Source: Escherichia phage vB_EcoM-PM133. Taken from it: a DNA stretch of 64,000 nucleotides. Made by a program: the position numbers and the translations under genes. This document shows, one piece after another, positions 27,066 to 38,941 of this stretch. Position 1 is the stretch's first letter. Each line of letters opens with the position of its first letter. The notes under the pieces were generated by a model, which searched no databases, had not been told where the DNA came from, and worked only from the letters and a program-made list of their open reading frames with translations. The stretch is from the sequence record MZ234052.1; one strand, 5' to 3'.

Positions 27066-28616
27066 TTAGTAATGAACTTTAATAATATAGTTTAATGATA
27101 TATTCCATGGTCTAGTTTCATAACCAATTAATCCTTCACGATTAAGTGTACCATGAGCATCTCTCGGTCCACCTAATTCAAATCCATCATTAGTGAAGTA
27201 TGAAGCATTATCCCAGTCGGAATATTTTCTAGTTCCAAGATATCCTTGATAAACTGACGCGCCAAATGGGCCTTCACTTCTGTTATATTCACCCCAACCA
27301 CCAGCATGTTTATGGTATGACATTTGTTGTGCCTGAACACCACCAACATGCATTCCGTCACATCCTACGCCCAGTCTATCCTTTCCATAGCCATCTTGTC
27401 CACGTTGATTTAAAATATGACCGCCTGTGCCGGCTCCTCTGACGAAAAGACCCCGCATATCAGGAACGCCAGGATTATTCCAATCGCCACCAAATCTTGT
27501 TCCAACTACGTTTCTATAATCAGGAAATTGGTCACCTGACACGGTTCCACCATGACACATAATCCAACCTGGAGGTGCTGAATCACCCGCAAACATCATA
27601 ATAGTTCCAACCGGAACTCGTTCGGACGCATATCTTTCAGTGGCAACAGGTTGATCGCCATTTTTCCACATTCCACCGCGTGACCAAATTCCATTTGCTG
27701 TAAGATGGTCTAAATTTAAAGAACCATTAATAGTTTGTCCACCACGAGTATTAATTACATCTGCGTTCCATGCTAATGCTCCAGAGCTATCACCTTCAGG
27801 GGCAATACCGGCTTGCGTCGTTAATTTAACTACTCCACGCATAGAACCGGTAGCTCCTCGACCATTTAGTGTTTCACCTGTTACTGCAACACCACCCAAA
27901 TTATTATTAATTTCAGTCTGCGTTCCTAGGCGTATAACACCCTTATATTCATGTGTTGCAACAGAATTCATAAAGGTATACGGGGAAATTGCATATCCTT
28001 CGCGGAGAGTTCCTTGACGAATTTGTGCAACAGTAGATAATTGAACTACTCCTCTCACCGATTCTGTTGCAGTGTCTTCTGAAGGAGCTATTTGCGAAAT
28101 TAATTTTATTGCAAGTTTTTGGGTTTTTAGCGGAGTCATCGCAGTAGTATCATCAACTCCAGCCAAAGCTGCAGGTGTAGATGATATTTTAATAACCCCG
28201 TTTGATGACTCAGACGAATATCTATTTTTGAACACATCGTCAGTGTGGTATTTCAGTTTTTGTGGTGTTATTGATGAATTATTATCTGAGCCTTTTAATG
28301 TTTCTTCATTTGTTGAATAACGCGTTAAACCATATTTAGTTTCAGTAGCATTTGGATACAATAATCTTGTTGCTAATGTAGCTGGTGTAACGATTTTAGA
28401 ATTATTAGTTCCATCTAAAACCTCTTGCTCTGACGCAATCATTGCTATTCCTTTAACTTCCATAGTTGCATCAGGAATACCATTTACGCCGATATTACTT
28501 ATTTTTGATAATGCAGACTGTACTGTCGTAACAGTGCCAGGAAAATTCGATCCAGTAGGATCGAATTTAACATATTTTGATTCATTTGATACGTGCTGAT
28601 ATGTATTGTTACTCAT
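27066..28616 (-). CDS. 12: gp12 short tail fiber
   Basis: 516-aa ORF between wac and gene 11; slightly shorter than recalled T4 gp12. Confidence 0.85.
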   Translation of the reverse strand: MSNNTYQHVSNESKYVKFDPTGSNFPGTVTTVQSALSKISNIGVNGIPDATMEVKGIAMIASEQEVLDGTNNSKIVTPATLATRLLYPNATETKYGLTRYSTNEETLKGSDNNSSITPQKLKYHTDDVFKNRYSSESSNGVIKISSTPAALAGVDDTTAMTPLKTQKLAIKLISQIAPSEDTATESVRGVVQLSTVAQIRQGTLREGYAISPYTFMNSVATHEYKGVIRLGTQTEINNNLGGVAVTGETLNGRGATGSMRGVVKLTTQAGIAPEGDSSGALAWNADVINTRGGQTINGSLNLDHLTANGIWSRGGMWKNGDQPVATERYASERVPVGTIMMFAGDSAPPGWIMCHGGTVSGDQFPDYRNVVGTRFGGDWNNPGVPDMRGLFVRGAGTGGHILNQRGQDGYGKDRLGVGCDGMHVGGVQAQQMSYHKHAGGWGEYNRSEGPFGASVYQGYLGTRKYSDWDNASYFTNDGFELGGPRDAHGTLNREGLIGYETRPWNISLNYIIKVHY

Positions 28617-29272
28617 GCTACTCTCTCAAAATAATAAAATACTGTAGGTTGTGTGTGACTATCTAGCGTAACAGTTTGCGCACCTAATAATTGCCAAGTT
28701 CCATACCCAGGTTTAGAAGGAGAAATTATTTCCTGTTTGAAAGTAATTCCTTTATCAGAGTATTGTTCTAAGATATGTTCTTGGTTATCTAAATACTTAA
28801 CTTGTATTTTATTTCCTATGGTAGGATGGTCTTCAAATGAATCAATTGCAATAAATTTTACAACCATTTCCTGTAGAGCTATTCTAACGGCACTAGTAAA
28901 TTCAATTGAAGTCATTCCATTAGTAGCTTTAACTGGAATACCAAACATGTTAACAATAACTGGGTCACCTGATTTGACTGAAGTATCAGTAACAGTTCCT
29001 TCAAATGACCAATAGTCGGTTTGTTGCACGCCAGTAGGAGATACGCCGCTTATATTAACTAATACAGCTCCAACCGGTTGCTCTGCCATATTTCTAACAT
29101 CATTGATAGCAGATTCTACATTCGGGTCATAAAAACCTTTTGCTATTTGTGAAATTGTTACAGCGCCTACTGGCTGATTATTCATAACCGAAATATCATT
29201 TTTCTTAGTTCTAAAACCAAGAAAATCTGCTAAGCGGGAAATAACTCCCGCTTTATTATTAAGTAAACTCAT
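28613..29272 (-). CDS. 11: gp11 baseplate wedge / short-fiber attachment protein
   Basis: Start chosen at [20 protein letters not shown] (219 aa), overlapping the gene 10 stop; ORF track runs 6 codons further. Confidence 0.8.
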   Translation of the reverse strand: MSLLNNKAGVISRLADFLGFRTKKNDISVMNNQPVGAVTISQIAKGFYDPNVESAINDVRNMAEQPVGAVLVNISGVSPTGVQQTDYWSFEGTVTDTSVKSGDPVIVNMFGIPVKATNGMTSIEFTSAVRIALQEMVVKFIAIDSFEDHPTIGNKIQVKYLDNQEHILEQYSDKGITFKQEIISPSKPGYGTWQLLGAQTVTLDSHTQPTVFYYFERVA

Positions 29273-31077
29273 TATGCAATCCTTATCCAACGGTATACAG
29301 TAATAGACGGTTGAATATTACTAATATTAGTAGGAGGAGTATGTGAAGAGTTTGTTGTTGCGTAGTCTTCACGATATTTTGTATATATAGGACCAGTTTC
29401 GTCTGGGTCATATTGACAACCTCCAATAATAACTGATCCGTTTTCATCTTCAATTAAAACTTTTTCATCAGTTTTAGTCGCAGGAAGATTTGCGTTCTCA
29501 AGTGTCACCGATGTTGTTCCAACTGTTCCACCGGCAGTATGTGAAGGATTTCCGCTAGAATCTAAATCATTATTGTTTAAAGCAAAGTTTGGATCCGTAA
29601 CATCATCATTCCATCCTACTAAAACTTGTCCTTTACCAAATAATTTCCATGAACCAAATCCCATATAAGTCACCGGATTATTTGGATTTATAGCATTTTC
29701 ATAAATTGAACCTACAGGATAAATGCTATCGAAAATAGATGATATTGAATTATACGTTCTAGTATAAGAATCAACTTTTTCAACATTTGGCCAACCGATT
29801 TTATCAAAATCTGTTAAGGCTACATCACCAGTAACTTCGGTAGATGATCCTTTACTAACATAACGGTCATCAGTTAATTCAATAATGTCATCTTTTTCTA
29901 AAAGAGTTCCTAAATCATTATTAAACCATGTTATAACGATTATATCACCTGATTCAAATTTTCTATCAAATAAAAGACTGACAGGTTTTCCATCTTCATA
30001 TTCTATAGAATAATCTGTGTTCGATTCTTTCCATTCACCACCAAGAGATATACATCCTGCTTGCGTATCTGAGTTAGCACCTTCACACAAAAACAGAGGA
30101 TATCCTGCTGTTCCAGCTTGTTGTTGTAAAATTCCATTAAAACGAACTTCAAGAGAATTAGGATTAATAGGTTCTCCAGGAATTAATCCAAATGCAGAGA
30201 ATGGAATTGATTTCATTGTTGATAAATCAGTAACGTAAATACTTCCTTCTAAAGAAGTTTTTGACGTTAATTTTGAATCTAATACTTTTATTTGGCGTCT
30301 TGTATATGAACTTCTCCATTGTGATATACCATCCATAAATGTTTCAATTTGAACAGTGTCACCAATATTACAAGGCTGTCTTAACCTAATATTAAATCCA
30401 TCAAGAGGAATCAATTCTCCTTCATTTTCCCCAGGAGAGCCAAAGTCACTGTTTTCACTAAATACATCGCCGTAATATAATTCATTACCACGGTGTTTTA
30501 CTCGGATGTTATTAACATTATAGCTAGTTCCGCGGAAAACATCTAAAAAGTCCGTTTGTCCTTGAACTTCTACTAAAAATTCTTTACGTGCTACATTACT
30601 AATATCTGAACTAATAATTTTATCAATTTGTTTGTTTTTGACATATTCCCAACGTCCTGGAGCGCAATAAACGAGCTCTAAATCACTAAATTGAGTATTA
30701 ATTTCAACCGATGATGACGACCCTTTAATTGTATCTCCAGAAGCAGCTACTAAAGTAACTGGATTAATGTTCCATGTTGCAAATACATCCCTAGCTCTAA
30801 TTACTTTATTATAATCATTAACAGTTCCTTTAGGAAGTTGTAAAGTTACTCTTCCAGAAGAGGTATTAATAGCGTATGATTTTCCCCACTTAGCTTTTAA
30901 TGTTTGACCGGATGAAGCATTATAAGTTTTCCAGGCACCGGCTGAATATGGAACATCTCCATCGCCAAGTTCATAATAAAGTTCATCAAAGTTTTCATTT
31001 ATTTTTATACCACCTTTACGCAGGTAGTCACCGGTACCATCATCAACAACATTACCGATATTAATATTTTGTTTCAT
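29272..31077 (-). CDS. 10: gp10 baseplate wedge protein
   Basis: 601-aa ORF in the 9-10-11 order. Confidence 0.85.
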   Translation of the reverse strand: MKQNINIGNVVDDGTGDYLRKGGIKINENFDELYYELGDGDVPYSAGAWKTYNASSGQTLKAKWGKSYAINTSSGRVTLQLPKGTVNDYNKVIRARDVFATWNINPVTLVAASGDTIKGSSSSVEINTQFSDLELVYCAPGRWEYVKNKQIDKIISSDISNVARKEFLVEVQGQTDFLDVFRGTSYNVNNIRVKHRGNELYYGDVFSENSDFGSPGENEGELIPLDGFNIRLRQPCNIGDTVQIETFMDGISQWRSSYTRRQIKVLDSKLTSKTSLEGSIYVTDLSTMKSIPFSAFGLIPGEPINPNSLEVRFNGILQQQAGTAGYPLFLCEGANSDTQAGCISLGGEWKESNTDYSIEYEDGKPVSLLFDRKFESGDIIVITWFNNDLGTLLEKDDIIELTDDRYVSKGSSTEVTGDVALTDFDKIGWPNVEKVDSYTRTYNSISSIFDSIYPVGSIYENAINPNNPVTYMGFGSWKLFGKGQVLVGWNDDVTDPNFALNNNDLDSSGNPSHTAGGTVGTTSVTLENANLPATKTDEKVLIEDENGSVIIGGCQYDPDETGPIYTKYREDYATTNSSHTPPTNISNIQPSITVYRWIRIA

Positions 31078-31943
31078 TATTGAGCCACCCCGATTTTCTG
31101 CGTAGCGATAACTTTAACTGCTGCTCTCATGCCAACGGTAGAAGAACTTATAGTCGCCGTTACATAGTTGGTTTTAATACTAAATGCAATATTAGCAATC
31201 TCGTCTTCTTCTGTTTCATTTCCAACTCTCATGACAGCATACTCAGAAGAAATAACTTCTGAATTAACAGTATCCACAAGAATATTTATTTCTGCTGTTT
31301 TAATTTTTCTTCCATCTACTGATTGGCACGTAACTAGCAATTTAGCCATATTGTATTCAGTGCGATGAAATAGTGGAATATCAACTGATCCGGATGTAGA
31401 AATATTCCATGTACCTTCAGCTGGTGATTCCTTTTGTCCAAACATACTTTCAATAGAATAATTCCAAACCGATGTAGAATTATCAGATGAAATACAGCGT
31501 AAAGTTACTTTACTATATGGGCTAGTTACTACTAAATTACCTGAAACGCCTTTAATTGAATCAATAGCCTGAATCGTTAAAGGATTAGTAACTGATATTG
31601 ATCCATTAGAGTTAATGAATTCAACACAATCGCCAAGTTCTCCTCTTTCAATAATAACTTTAACACCTACAGTAGAGGTATCAATATCATGTCTAGTGCC
31701 AACTTTCACTGGAGTTGCGTACTCTGTAATAGAGTGTTTTTGATAATACCCAGTAGCATGGATAATTTGACCATCTGCTCCAGTGCCATTTGCTACTGCC
31801 ATTTTACGCTGATCGCCAAACGCATTATAAATTGCGTTAAAATCACTATTAATTTTATTACCACCGTCGAATAAGATATCACCAGTAGAAGCGTTACCAA
31901 TTTCGCCGGTATCAATCAATTTCTTTGGTTCTTGAATGAACAT
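31077..31943 (-). CDS. 9: gp9 baseplate wedge / long tail fiber socket
   Basis: 288-aa ORF; late promoter upstream. Confidence 0.85.
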   Translation of the reverse strand: MFIQEPKKLIDTGEIGNASTGDILFDGGNKINSDFNAIYNAFGDQRKMAVANGTGADGQIIHATGYYQKHSITEYATPVKVGTRHDIDTSTVGVKVIIERGELGDCVEFINSNGSISVTNPLTIQAIDSIKGVSGNLVVTSPYSKVTLRCISSDNSTSVWNYSIESMFGQKESPAEGTWNISTSGSVDIPLFHRTEYNMAKLLVTCQSVDGRKIKTAEINILVDTVNSEVISSEYAVMRVGNETEEDEIANIAFSIKTNYVTATISSSTVGMRAAVKVIATQKIGVAQ

Positions 31944-31967
31944 AGCGGTTTCCTTATGAGTTTATAG

Positions 31968-31975
31968 TATTTATA
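31968..31975 (-). promoter_or_regulatory. late promoter TATAAATA upstream of gene 9
   Basis: Plus-strand tatttata between the post-gene-8 hairpin and the gene 9 start. Confidence 0.55.
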
Positions 31976-31980
31976 AAGAA

Positions 31981-32003
31981 AAAGGGAGCCCATGGGCTCC
32001 CTT
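31981..32003 (-). terminator. terminator hairpin after gene 8
   Basis: Palindrome aaagggagcccatgggctccctt followed by a minus-strand T-tract. Confidence 0.55.
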
Positions 32004-32006
32004 AAT

Positions 32007-33011
32007 TTAAAATGTAAACAGAATATTGATTTCTTCTGTCTGATCCATTGCCATGATAATAGGTGGCCTATTTTCCATATAAATCATTTCGCCCGAATGC
32101 CTCATTAAATCTTCTGGGTCATAATAATCCTTTTCAGCTTTAACGTTTGGGTCATTTGGATGAGCTTTAGCTTCAAGAGGATTCGTGATTATTGATATTT
32201 GTCTAAATCCTTTATTTCCTGGCAATGCAGCATCAGGAAAATAAACTGAATCTAAATATGCTTTAAAACGGATAGTATTTGCCTTAACCCGGTAAATTAA
32301 TCCAAAATCATCTTGCTGCCAAGTGAGATTATCTTCATACCCCCATCTAGTTGGATCTTCTTTTAATTCCTCAGGCCAAGGAACTACGATATATTCATTT
32401 GTGCATCTATTTATAGATACATCGGGCGGAATCTCAAAAAGATATTCCCATACATACCCGTCTCCAGGTTCGATTGTTCCTTCCGCATCTCCTCGACCTT
32501 CAGGAGGAGTCATTGACCTAACAGAAGGAGTCCATTTTCCGCCTAATTTAAGGCATTCATCCTTATCAGTTAAAGATGCAATTGAACACATTCCAGTATC
32601 AGGAACATCTAAACAACGATATACTAACCAGCCTGCGCCTGATTCAGTAGCGTTGTAAGGAGCTGAGTTACACACTACAATATCGTTAATTCTAAATGTG
32701 TATGGATCCGGATATCTAGTATCTCCCCAATCTCGACGAGGAATAACTGCGTCAAGCATTGATGGAAGAACCTTTACTGTTCCCATCATATGCGTCCACA
32801 TGTCAGTTACGCCTAATACAGAATCGGTTGGATAAGGTGGGGCAAAGCCCACCTCATTTTCATTTGATGACCACGGTTCTGATCTTCCAAATGTGATAAA
32901 GATAGTGTTTTTATCCGGACCACTTCCAATTGAATTATAAAAATTCAACATTTTTTCTGTTCTAAATTTTGAAGTAACTATCGCACGATAGATAACACTT
33001 GAATCATTCAT
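32007..33011 (-). CDS. 8: gp8 baseplate wedge protein
   Basis: 334-aa ORF; length and order as T4 gp8. Confidence 0.85.
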   Translation of the reverse strand: MNDSSVIYRAIVTSKFRTEKMLNFYNSIGSGPDKNTIFITFGRSEPWSSNENEVGFAPPYPTDSVLGVTDMWTHMMGTVKVLPSMLDAVIPRRDWGDTRYPDPYTFRINDIVVCNSAPYNATESGAGWLVYRCLDVPDTGMCSIASLTDKDECLKLGGKWTPSVRSMTPPEGRGDAEGTIEPGDGYVWEYLFEIPPDVSINRCTNEYIVVPWPEELKEDPTRWGYEDNLTWQQDDFGLIYRVKANTIRFKAYLDSVYFPDAALPGNKGFRQISIITNPLEAKAHPNDPNVKAEKDYYDPEDLMRHSGEMIYMENRPPIIMAMDQTEEINILFTF

Positions 33012-36000
33012 CTATTTTAACCTGTGTTGGATTTTCAGGGTCTCTTGGATTTCCTATATTATCTTTTAGACGTTTATTAACTAAATCCCTAAACTGTGCA
33101 AATGTTGTTCCAGATGCGTCAAATAGAGGACTCATTAACTTGCGTCGTTCAGAAGGCAATTGACCTTGAAATATTGAATTATTATTTTCAGCATTATAGT
33201 CATCAGGAAGAGGATATTTTACACCAGCCATTGGGCCAGGTTCATAAATTGCTTCTCCTGTTACTGAATCATGTTCAATTTCGCCAGTTGGAGTTAATTT
33301 AGCTACTCTATCAGCATATTCAGTAGGCAATCCAGAATCCCATTTGTAGTTTTTATATTTATTAATTATTGTCTCTGTGTGTTTAAGAGTTAAACCGACA
33401 TTAATAAACATAGTTAAAAGCGTGATTGCTATAAATCCAAATCCTACTGGATGAACAAAACGAATAACGTCAGATTTCCAACGAGAAGAAGGTAAATTGG
33501 ATTTAATTTTCATTACATAATATGATCGACTTCTATTAATATAGTCTATATTATTTTGAAGCAAATCCTTTCCTTTAACCCCACGAATAATTTCGCCTTC
33601 AAAACTAGGAAGTCTTTCTGCTTTAACTTCTTGCCCTGCTATTAAACGCCCCAAAAGATTATGTATAGTCACGGTCCATTGCAATTTACCATTAGAATAA
33701 CTTCTTTCTATATAAGTAACATTACATCTTCCTGTAGCTGTATAAATCGTTTGTCCTACTAAATCCTCAGTCAAAGAATCAGATTGAACGATTATATCAT
33801 ATTCAGTACCAGCTCCAGATTCAATTTCAATTTCAACTTCTTCATTATAAAGAACTTTAAAAAGAAATTTGTATGATGCTTCAATTCCTTTAGTAGAATA
33901 AAAATCATAACTACGTGATTCAAAAAATCTTGCAACAGCATCACGTTTGTCAGCATTTAAATAAATGTTTCTTTTATATATCTCTGACCACAAATATTCC
34001 CACGCATGCTCTTCTCGTGGATACTGATTACGAATTAAATTTCGTAAATTATTATACTGAGTTCCGTATCCGTCAGAAAGATATTGAATATATGCTTCAC
34101 AAAATGCCTCAAAATTCGAATCCTGCAACAAATAAGAATCAGGCATCATTGTGCCAATTAATGGTCTTAAATCAGGGTCAGCTAATCCATGCTCTTCTTC
34201 TGGCGACCAAGGAGTCTCATGCTCTTGGTTTTGTAAAAATGCTTTTAAAAATACTCCAGTCGGCTTCCAAATAATTTCTACTGTATCTCTCACACGATAG
34301 TTAAAATCATAATAAGAAATTATTTCACCAGAAGATTTATAAAAAAGCATCCCAGACGCATATTTTTTAAATCCCGTGAATTTAACATTTGGCATTACTA
34401 TCGTACAATCACCATCATCCCAGTATTCATGAACTAATCTATCTGGTGATGTTTCCGGAATATTTTCTATAACTTTAGTGTATTTTAAATCAGCATAAAC
34501 TACTACAGCTCTATTAGAGTTGTTTATCCAACAGCGTGTGTTAGATTTTTTAGACCAATTAAAGAACGGTTCTGCGTAGTATTTCATTGGCTGAGGCGTA
34601 AAAGTTTCCCAATCAGACTTTTCATCTGCTATAAATGCCATCATATGATAATGCTTATCAGCTAACCATTCACGAGGAAATTCATATTTAACGGCACCGA
34701 TTAACTGATATTTTGCTACAGTTTCAGGGTCATTAACAACGTTATCATTTAAAAATTTAAAATTACTCGAAGATAGAGAAACTAATTTACCATCAGTTGA
34801 CATATTCGCATACCCAGGTTGAATACGTCTTCTTTCTTCTTCAGTGTTGCCAAAAACTCTTTTCCACGTTTTTGTGTCATGATTTAAAACATATATTCCT
34901 TTATCAGTAGAATCAATTATTTTTGACGTTCTAGGATTAGCATTTAATGTTTCAACTTCACCGATAATAAGAGCAAAAACTTTATCACCAATAGAATCCA
35001 TTTTATAGCATACTGCTTTAGGATTTCCAGTTATAGTCATTGTATCAGATTCAAATAGCCTTTCCGAATATGTTGGAGATAATGGATCAGAATCTATAGG
35101 TGCATTGCTCGTTTTTATATATCTAACTTTATCTCTGGCAACAACATAGATATAATCATCCGTACAAGTAATGGCTTCAGCTATACGATATACATTCGCT
35201 GGTAAAGTCGCATAAGTGGCAAAAATTTCTACATCAAATCCTAGATGTAATTGGTAGCCAAGTTTAGCGAATGTTATATCCTGTGAACTAAATCTGACAT
35301 CATCAGCTGACCATCTAACATCAGTTGATTTACGGCCATAGAAGATCTTGTCGTATCCTAGAACGTATGTTGTGTTCGCAGATTGGTAATATACTGTCTT
35401 AGATAAAGGATATCCTACACGGTCATTGAAGAGCTTCACAGCTTTCCAGGTTTGTCCTTTATCATTAGATACTTTAACTACGGGTTGATAGCGCTCAAAA
35501 AGATATAGAATCCCTTCTGATTCCATCAAATAAACTCGGTTAATATCCTTACATACTTGCTGAATGGAACCTTGTATTTCATGATACTCATTTTCACCAA
35601 TAATAAAATTACTTATTGATGAAACATCAACATACGATGGGCTGAATTGAAATGATTCATTCATCAATGCAGCCATTATAGTGTCATTGTTAAAATTAAC
35701 ATAATCAGAATTATTAAGAGTAAATTTTTCCTGAATGAATTTATTGGCTAATTGCATTTCAATCATGTTTTGAAATGTATAAGCATTTGTAGCAAAAGTT
35801 TCAAACTCTTCGGTATAAATCCAATCAGACTGCTCAAAATCTTGCGCAGCTGTAGCTACTCTGATAATGTATGATGTCAATGGGTCAGCATCATCAAAAA
35901 AGAAGCTGTTATTTGCAGTATATCCTAAGTTAATCCATCTGTATTGATTACTCGGGAGATTTTCCCCCGAGTTCGTTTTTGTCTCAGCGATTTCTACAAA

Positions 36001-36102
36001 ATAGTAGAAATTAGCACCAACGTCATCCCAGCGTACTTGCACCTGATTTGCGGATAACTTGGAAATTCTGAGACTAGTGACTGAAGGTGCTTTTACTGTC
36101 AT
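33004..36102 (-). CDS. 7: gp7 baseplate wedge protein
   Basis: 1032-aa ORF, exact length of recalled T4 gp7. Confidence 0.9.
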   Translation of the reverse strand: MTVKAPSVTSLRISKLSANQVQVRWDDVGANFYYFVEIAETKTNSGENLPSNQYRWINLGYTANNSFFFDDADPLTSYIIRVATAAQDFEQSDWIYTEEFETFATNAYTFQNMIEMQLANKFIQEKFTLNNSDYVNFNNDTIMAALMNESFQFSPSYVDVSSISNFIIGENEYHEIQGSIQQVCKDINRVYLMESEGILYLFERYQPVVKVSNDKGQTWKAVKLFNDRVGYPLSKTVYYQSANTTYVLGYDKIFYGRKSTDVRWSADDVRFSSQDITFAKLGYQLHLGFDVEIFATYATLPANVYRIAEAITCTDDYIYVVARDKVRYIKTSNAPIDSDPLSPTYSERLFESDTMTITGNPKAVCYKMDSIGDKVFALIIGEVETLNANPRTSKIIDSTDKGIYVLNHDTKTWKRVFGNTEEERRRIQPGYANMSTDGKLVSLSSSNFKFLNDNVVNDPETVAKYQLIGAVKYEFPREWLADKHYHMMAFIADEKSDWETFTPQPMKYYAEPFFNWSKKSNTRCWINNSNRAVVVYADLKYTKVIENIPETSPDRLVHEYWDDGDCTIVMPNVKFTGFKKYASGMLFYKSSGEIISYYDFNYRVRDTVEIIWKPTGVFLKAFLQNQEHETPWSPEEEHGLADPDLRPLIGTMMPDSYLLQDSNFEAFCEAYIQYLSDGYGTQYNNLRNLIRNQYPREEHAWEYLWSEIYKRNIYLNADKRDAVARFFESRSYDFYSTKGIEASYKFLFKVLYNEEVEIEIESGAGTEYDIIVQSDSLTEDLVGQTIYTATGRCNVTYIERSYSNGKLQWTVTIHNLLGRLIAGQEVKAERLPSFEGEIIRGVKGKDLLQNNIDYINRSRSYYVMKIKSNLPSSRWKSDVIRFVHPVGFGFIAITLLTMFINVGLTLKHTETIINKYKNYKWDSGLPTEYADRVAKLTPTGEIEHDSVTGEAIYEPGPMAGVKYPLPDDYNAENNNSIFQGQLPSERRKLMSPLFDASGTTFAQFRDLVNKRLKDNIGNPRDPENPTQVKIDE

Positions 36103-38081
36103 TGTGATATAGGCTCCAAATCGATAGTTAAGTATTGCGGACGTAAATCATTTTCAAATACAATCAGTGAACCATCACGGGTAAAGATAACATCATCGGT
36201 TGGGTCAGAATATAATTCAATAGTCTGAACCTCAAATTTTTCAGATGTTAAATTAATTTTAGCGATATTCCAATAAATCATGTCAGCCGGATAATTTATT
36301 TCACCGATAACATAGTATTTGTCGCGTCCATCAGAATTTGCTAATTTATTAAAATCATTGCCTGTATATGGCTGAATGTTTTCATTTTCTGTAACATCGC
36401 CAGAAGCAAATGGACCAATAATAACTTTACCAATTCCTTTAGAATCTCGGTCTGTTGATACTATGCGAACGTCATATAATACATCTTCTTCTAAACCAGT
36501 ATCAGGATTTACAACCTTTCGTCCAGAATTAAATGAAAACGTATTAGATTCCATAGAACGATCTTTTATTTGATTATTGTATTTAATACCTGCTTCAGGC
36601 GTTTTATAGAAGTTTTGTACTTCACGAACCATTTGAATAGTCGCTGATGAACCAATGACAGAATGATCTGCATCATCTACATAAGTTAACATCTTAGATT
36701 TAGCGAAAGACGAGTTAAAAATTTCTACATCTTCGGTATAATAGCGATCAATTTTATCAATTATTTGACCTTCAAGCCACTGCTCGGATTCTTGTAGTTT
36801 ATTTAAAGCATATGTGACTTTTAAATTAGTCTTAATAAAAAGATAATTAGGAGAAATAATTGATGGCGTAATAGGAGCTAAATTATAGTCTTTGAGATAA
36901 TTTTTAATATCTTCACGCTGTACAGTAGTTAAATACAGACCTGATTTAGGTTTAGCAGCAATAAATGCATACCCAGGTTTAGTAGAATCAGTGAAAGTCT
37001 GAACTGCCTGAATAATAGAACCAAATCTCTCTGAAACGAATGTATCATAGTCAGTCGCAGTTACGCAGCGTTGCTGGGTTTCGCGTTTAATAGTACCCAA
37101 TTCGCGGATACGCTCAATATCTTCTGGATCACCGCCGCCATCTGCCCCAACAAAATCTGGGTCATCGTTTGGATTTTCATTAATATTGATGACAGTTATA
37201 TTTGTTAATGTATCTGCGTATGAAAATCCGACTGCTCCGTTCGCGTCAGCACCATTAGTACTGATGTACTCAATAACAATCGTAGAGTTCTGAGTAGGTT
37301 TAAGACCTCCGATATAATTAGCGGTCAAAGCTCCTTCAGAAGCATTAACAGAAATTTCACCTTCACCAAAATAGAATTCAGTATTTCCATCAATAGTTTC
37401 ACGCATGTAGTAAATTGTCGATGTAGAACCAGCATGAACCATTGACTTTCTTGTCCAGTTAATCCATTCTGCTCCATCAACGTATAATTTAACCTGGTTT
37501 CTATCAATATTTTTATCATAAATGATAATAGGTGTTAATTTATCATAAATGATTTCAGTTCTTACTATACGTCCCTGGGCCAATTTTAAACGCGGAAAAT
37601 ATTGGTTATTTTTATCACGAATAGCAATAACGTCTTCGGTAGAAACGAAGTTATATGGATTAACAGAAGTATCTTTTGCATATGCTAAAAAGCGAGTTCC
37701 GCGAGGAATAGTAATGTAATTCCTATTCAATGCGTCGGTGCATGTTAACATAATTTCGGTCTGCGCAGCGGATTTTGAAGTAGGTAAATATCCGTTATCT
37801 TGTGCAGCTTGAACAACTGAACTTCGTAAGTTAGCAGTACGCATAAAGCTTTCATACACAGCAGCATTACCAAACTGTTGAATGTACAATGTATTATAAG
37901 CTAAAAGGTCACACAGAACGTTTAATCTTGAGCCTTCAAAATCATAATCCAAAAATTCATTTTGGCCATTAAGCCATTCAATGAGGTTTTGTTTTATTTC
38001 AGCAAACGTACCCCCGACGAATATCTCGGGAATAGCATTTGCTGTTCTTGTTAATTGATAATTTACAGGGGTATTTGCCAT
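36099..38081 (-). CDS. 6: gp6 baseplate wedge protein
   Basis: 660-aa ORF; length and order as T4 gp6. Confidence 0.9.
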   Translation of the reverse strand: MANTPVNYQLTRTANAIPEIFVGGTFAEIKQNLIEWLNGQNEFLDYDFEGSRLNVLCDLLAYNTLYIQQFGNAAVYESFMRTANLRSSVVQAAQDNGYLPTSKSAAQTEIMLTCTDALNRNYITIPRGTRFLAYAKDTSVNPYNFVSTEDVIAIRDKNNQYFPRLKLAQGRIVRTEIIYDKLTPIIIYDKNIDRNQVKLYVDGAEWINWTRKSMVHAGSTSTIYYMRETIDGNTEFYFGEGEISVNASEGALTANYIGGLKPTQNSTIVIEYISTNGADANGAVGFSYADTLTNITVININENPNDDPDFVGADGGGDPEDIERIRELGTIKRETQQRCVTATDYDTFVSERFGSIIQAVQTFTDSTKPGYAFIAAKPKSGLYLTTVQREDIKNYLKDYNLAPITPSIISPNYLFIKTNLKVTYALNKLQESEQWLEGQIIDKIDRYYTEDVEIFNSSFAKSKMLTYVDDADHSVIGSSATIQMVREVQNFYKTPEAGIKYNNQIKDRSMESNTFSFNSGRKVVNPDTGLEEDVLYDVRIVSTDRDSKGIGKVIIGPFASGDVTENENIQPYTGNDFNKLANSDGRDKYYVIGEINYPADMIYWNIAKINLTSEKFEVQTIELYSDPTDDVIFTRDGSLIVFENDLRPQYLTIDLEPISQ

Positions 38082-38089
38082 TTTAAATC

Positions 38090-38383
38090 CTATTTAATGA
38101 ATACTTTAGATGATGCCTGAGCCACAGTATCACCGCATGATATTGGATCAGCCATTTGAACAGCTTTCTTTCCAGTGACATATACCTTAGAAGTTCTGGG
38201 TTGTGTCACTCCGCCATGTGTTTCATATGGCTTTTTAATTTCTGTATGTTCTGTAATTGGATCACCTGCTACGAGAACAGCAATTCCTCCAGTGAATACT
38301 TTACTTTGTGTAGCATTCACAACTGTTGGAGGCCACGCTTCATGACCAGCAGTAACACATTTATCATAACTTAATCCTGACAT
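38090..38383 (-). CDS. 5.4: gp5.4 PAAR-repeat spike tip protein
   Basis: 97-aa ORF between genes 5 and 6; recalled T4 gp5.4. Confidence 0.8.
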
Positions 38384-38941
38384 CTATGACCTCTCATACA
38401 CATAGCTTCTTAATTTATTAGCCCAACGACTCCAATTTCCAACTATAGTTTTAGTATAATTTTTAACGAGAGTTTTTCTTACTGGAGCAGGAGGATCTGT
38501 CGGTTCAGTAGTATCAGAAGATGACCTAGAATTACTGCCAGAACCTCCAGATTCACTTTGTTCTTGGTAGTCATATATTAATGTTACTTCGTAAGTGAAT
38601 GTCTTCTGGAGGTTTTGAGGAGCTTTCCATAAATACAACTGAGTATCAGAATCAGTAGGAAGTTCTTCCCATGAAGCAGCAGTTTTAAATTCATCGCCTA
38701 AACGATATTTCAACGCGTCATTTCCAAATCCAAACACAGATTCATATGTTCCGTATAAGCGATTTTCTTCTACTAAAACCCCAGGAGTTTCTTCGTAACT
38801 AGTTATATTTATAGATACTAACGTTTCACCTGTTTCTAATTGAGCGGTAAAGGTGACGTCGATAGAAGAACCTTCCATGGATTCTCCTAAATCAGCGCTC
38901 ATTGGAAGTATATTAGCCAATGTCAATCCTCGATCCATCAA
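38384..38941 (-). CDS. hypothetical protein (5.1 position)
   Basis: 185-aa ORF overlapping the 3' end of gene 5; start codon uncertain. Confidence 0.55.
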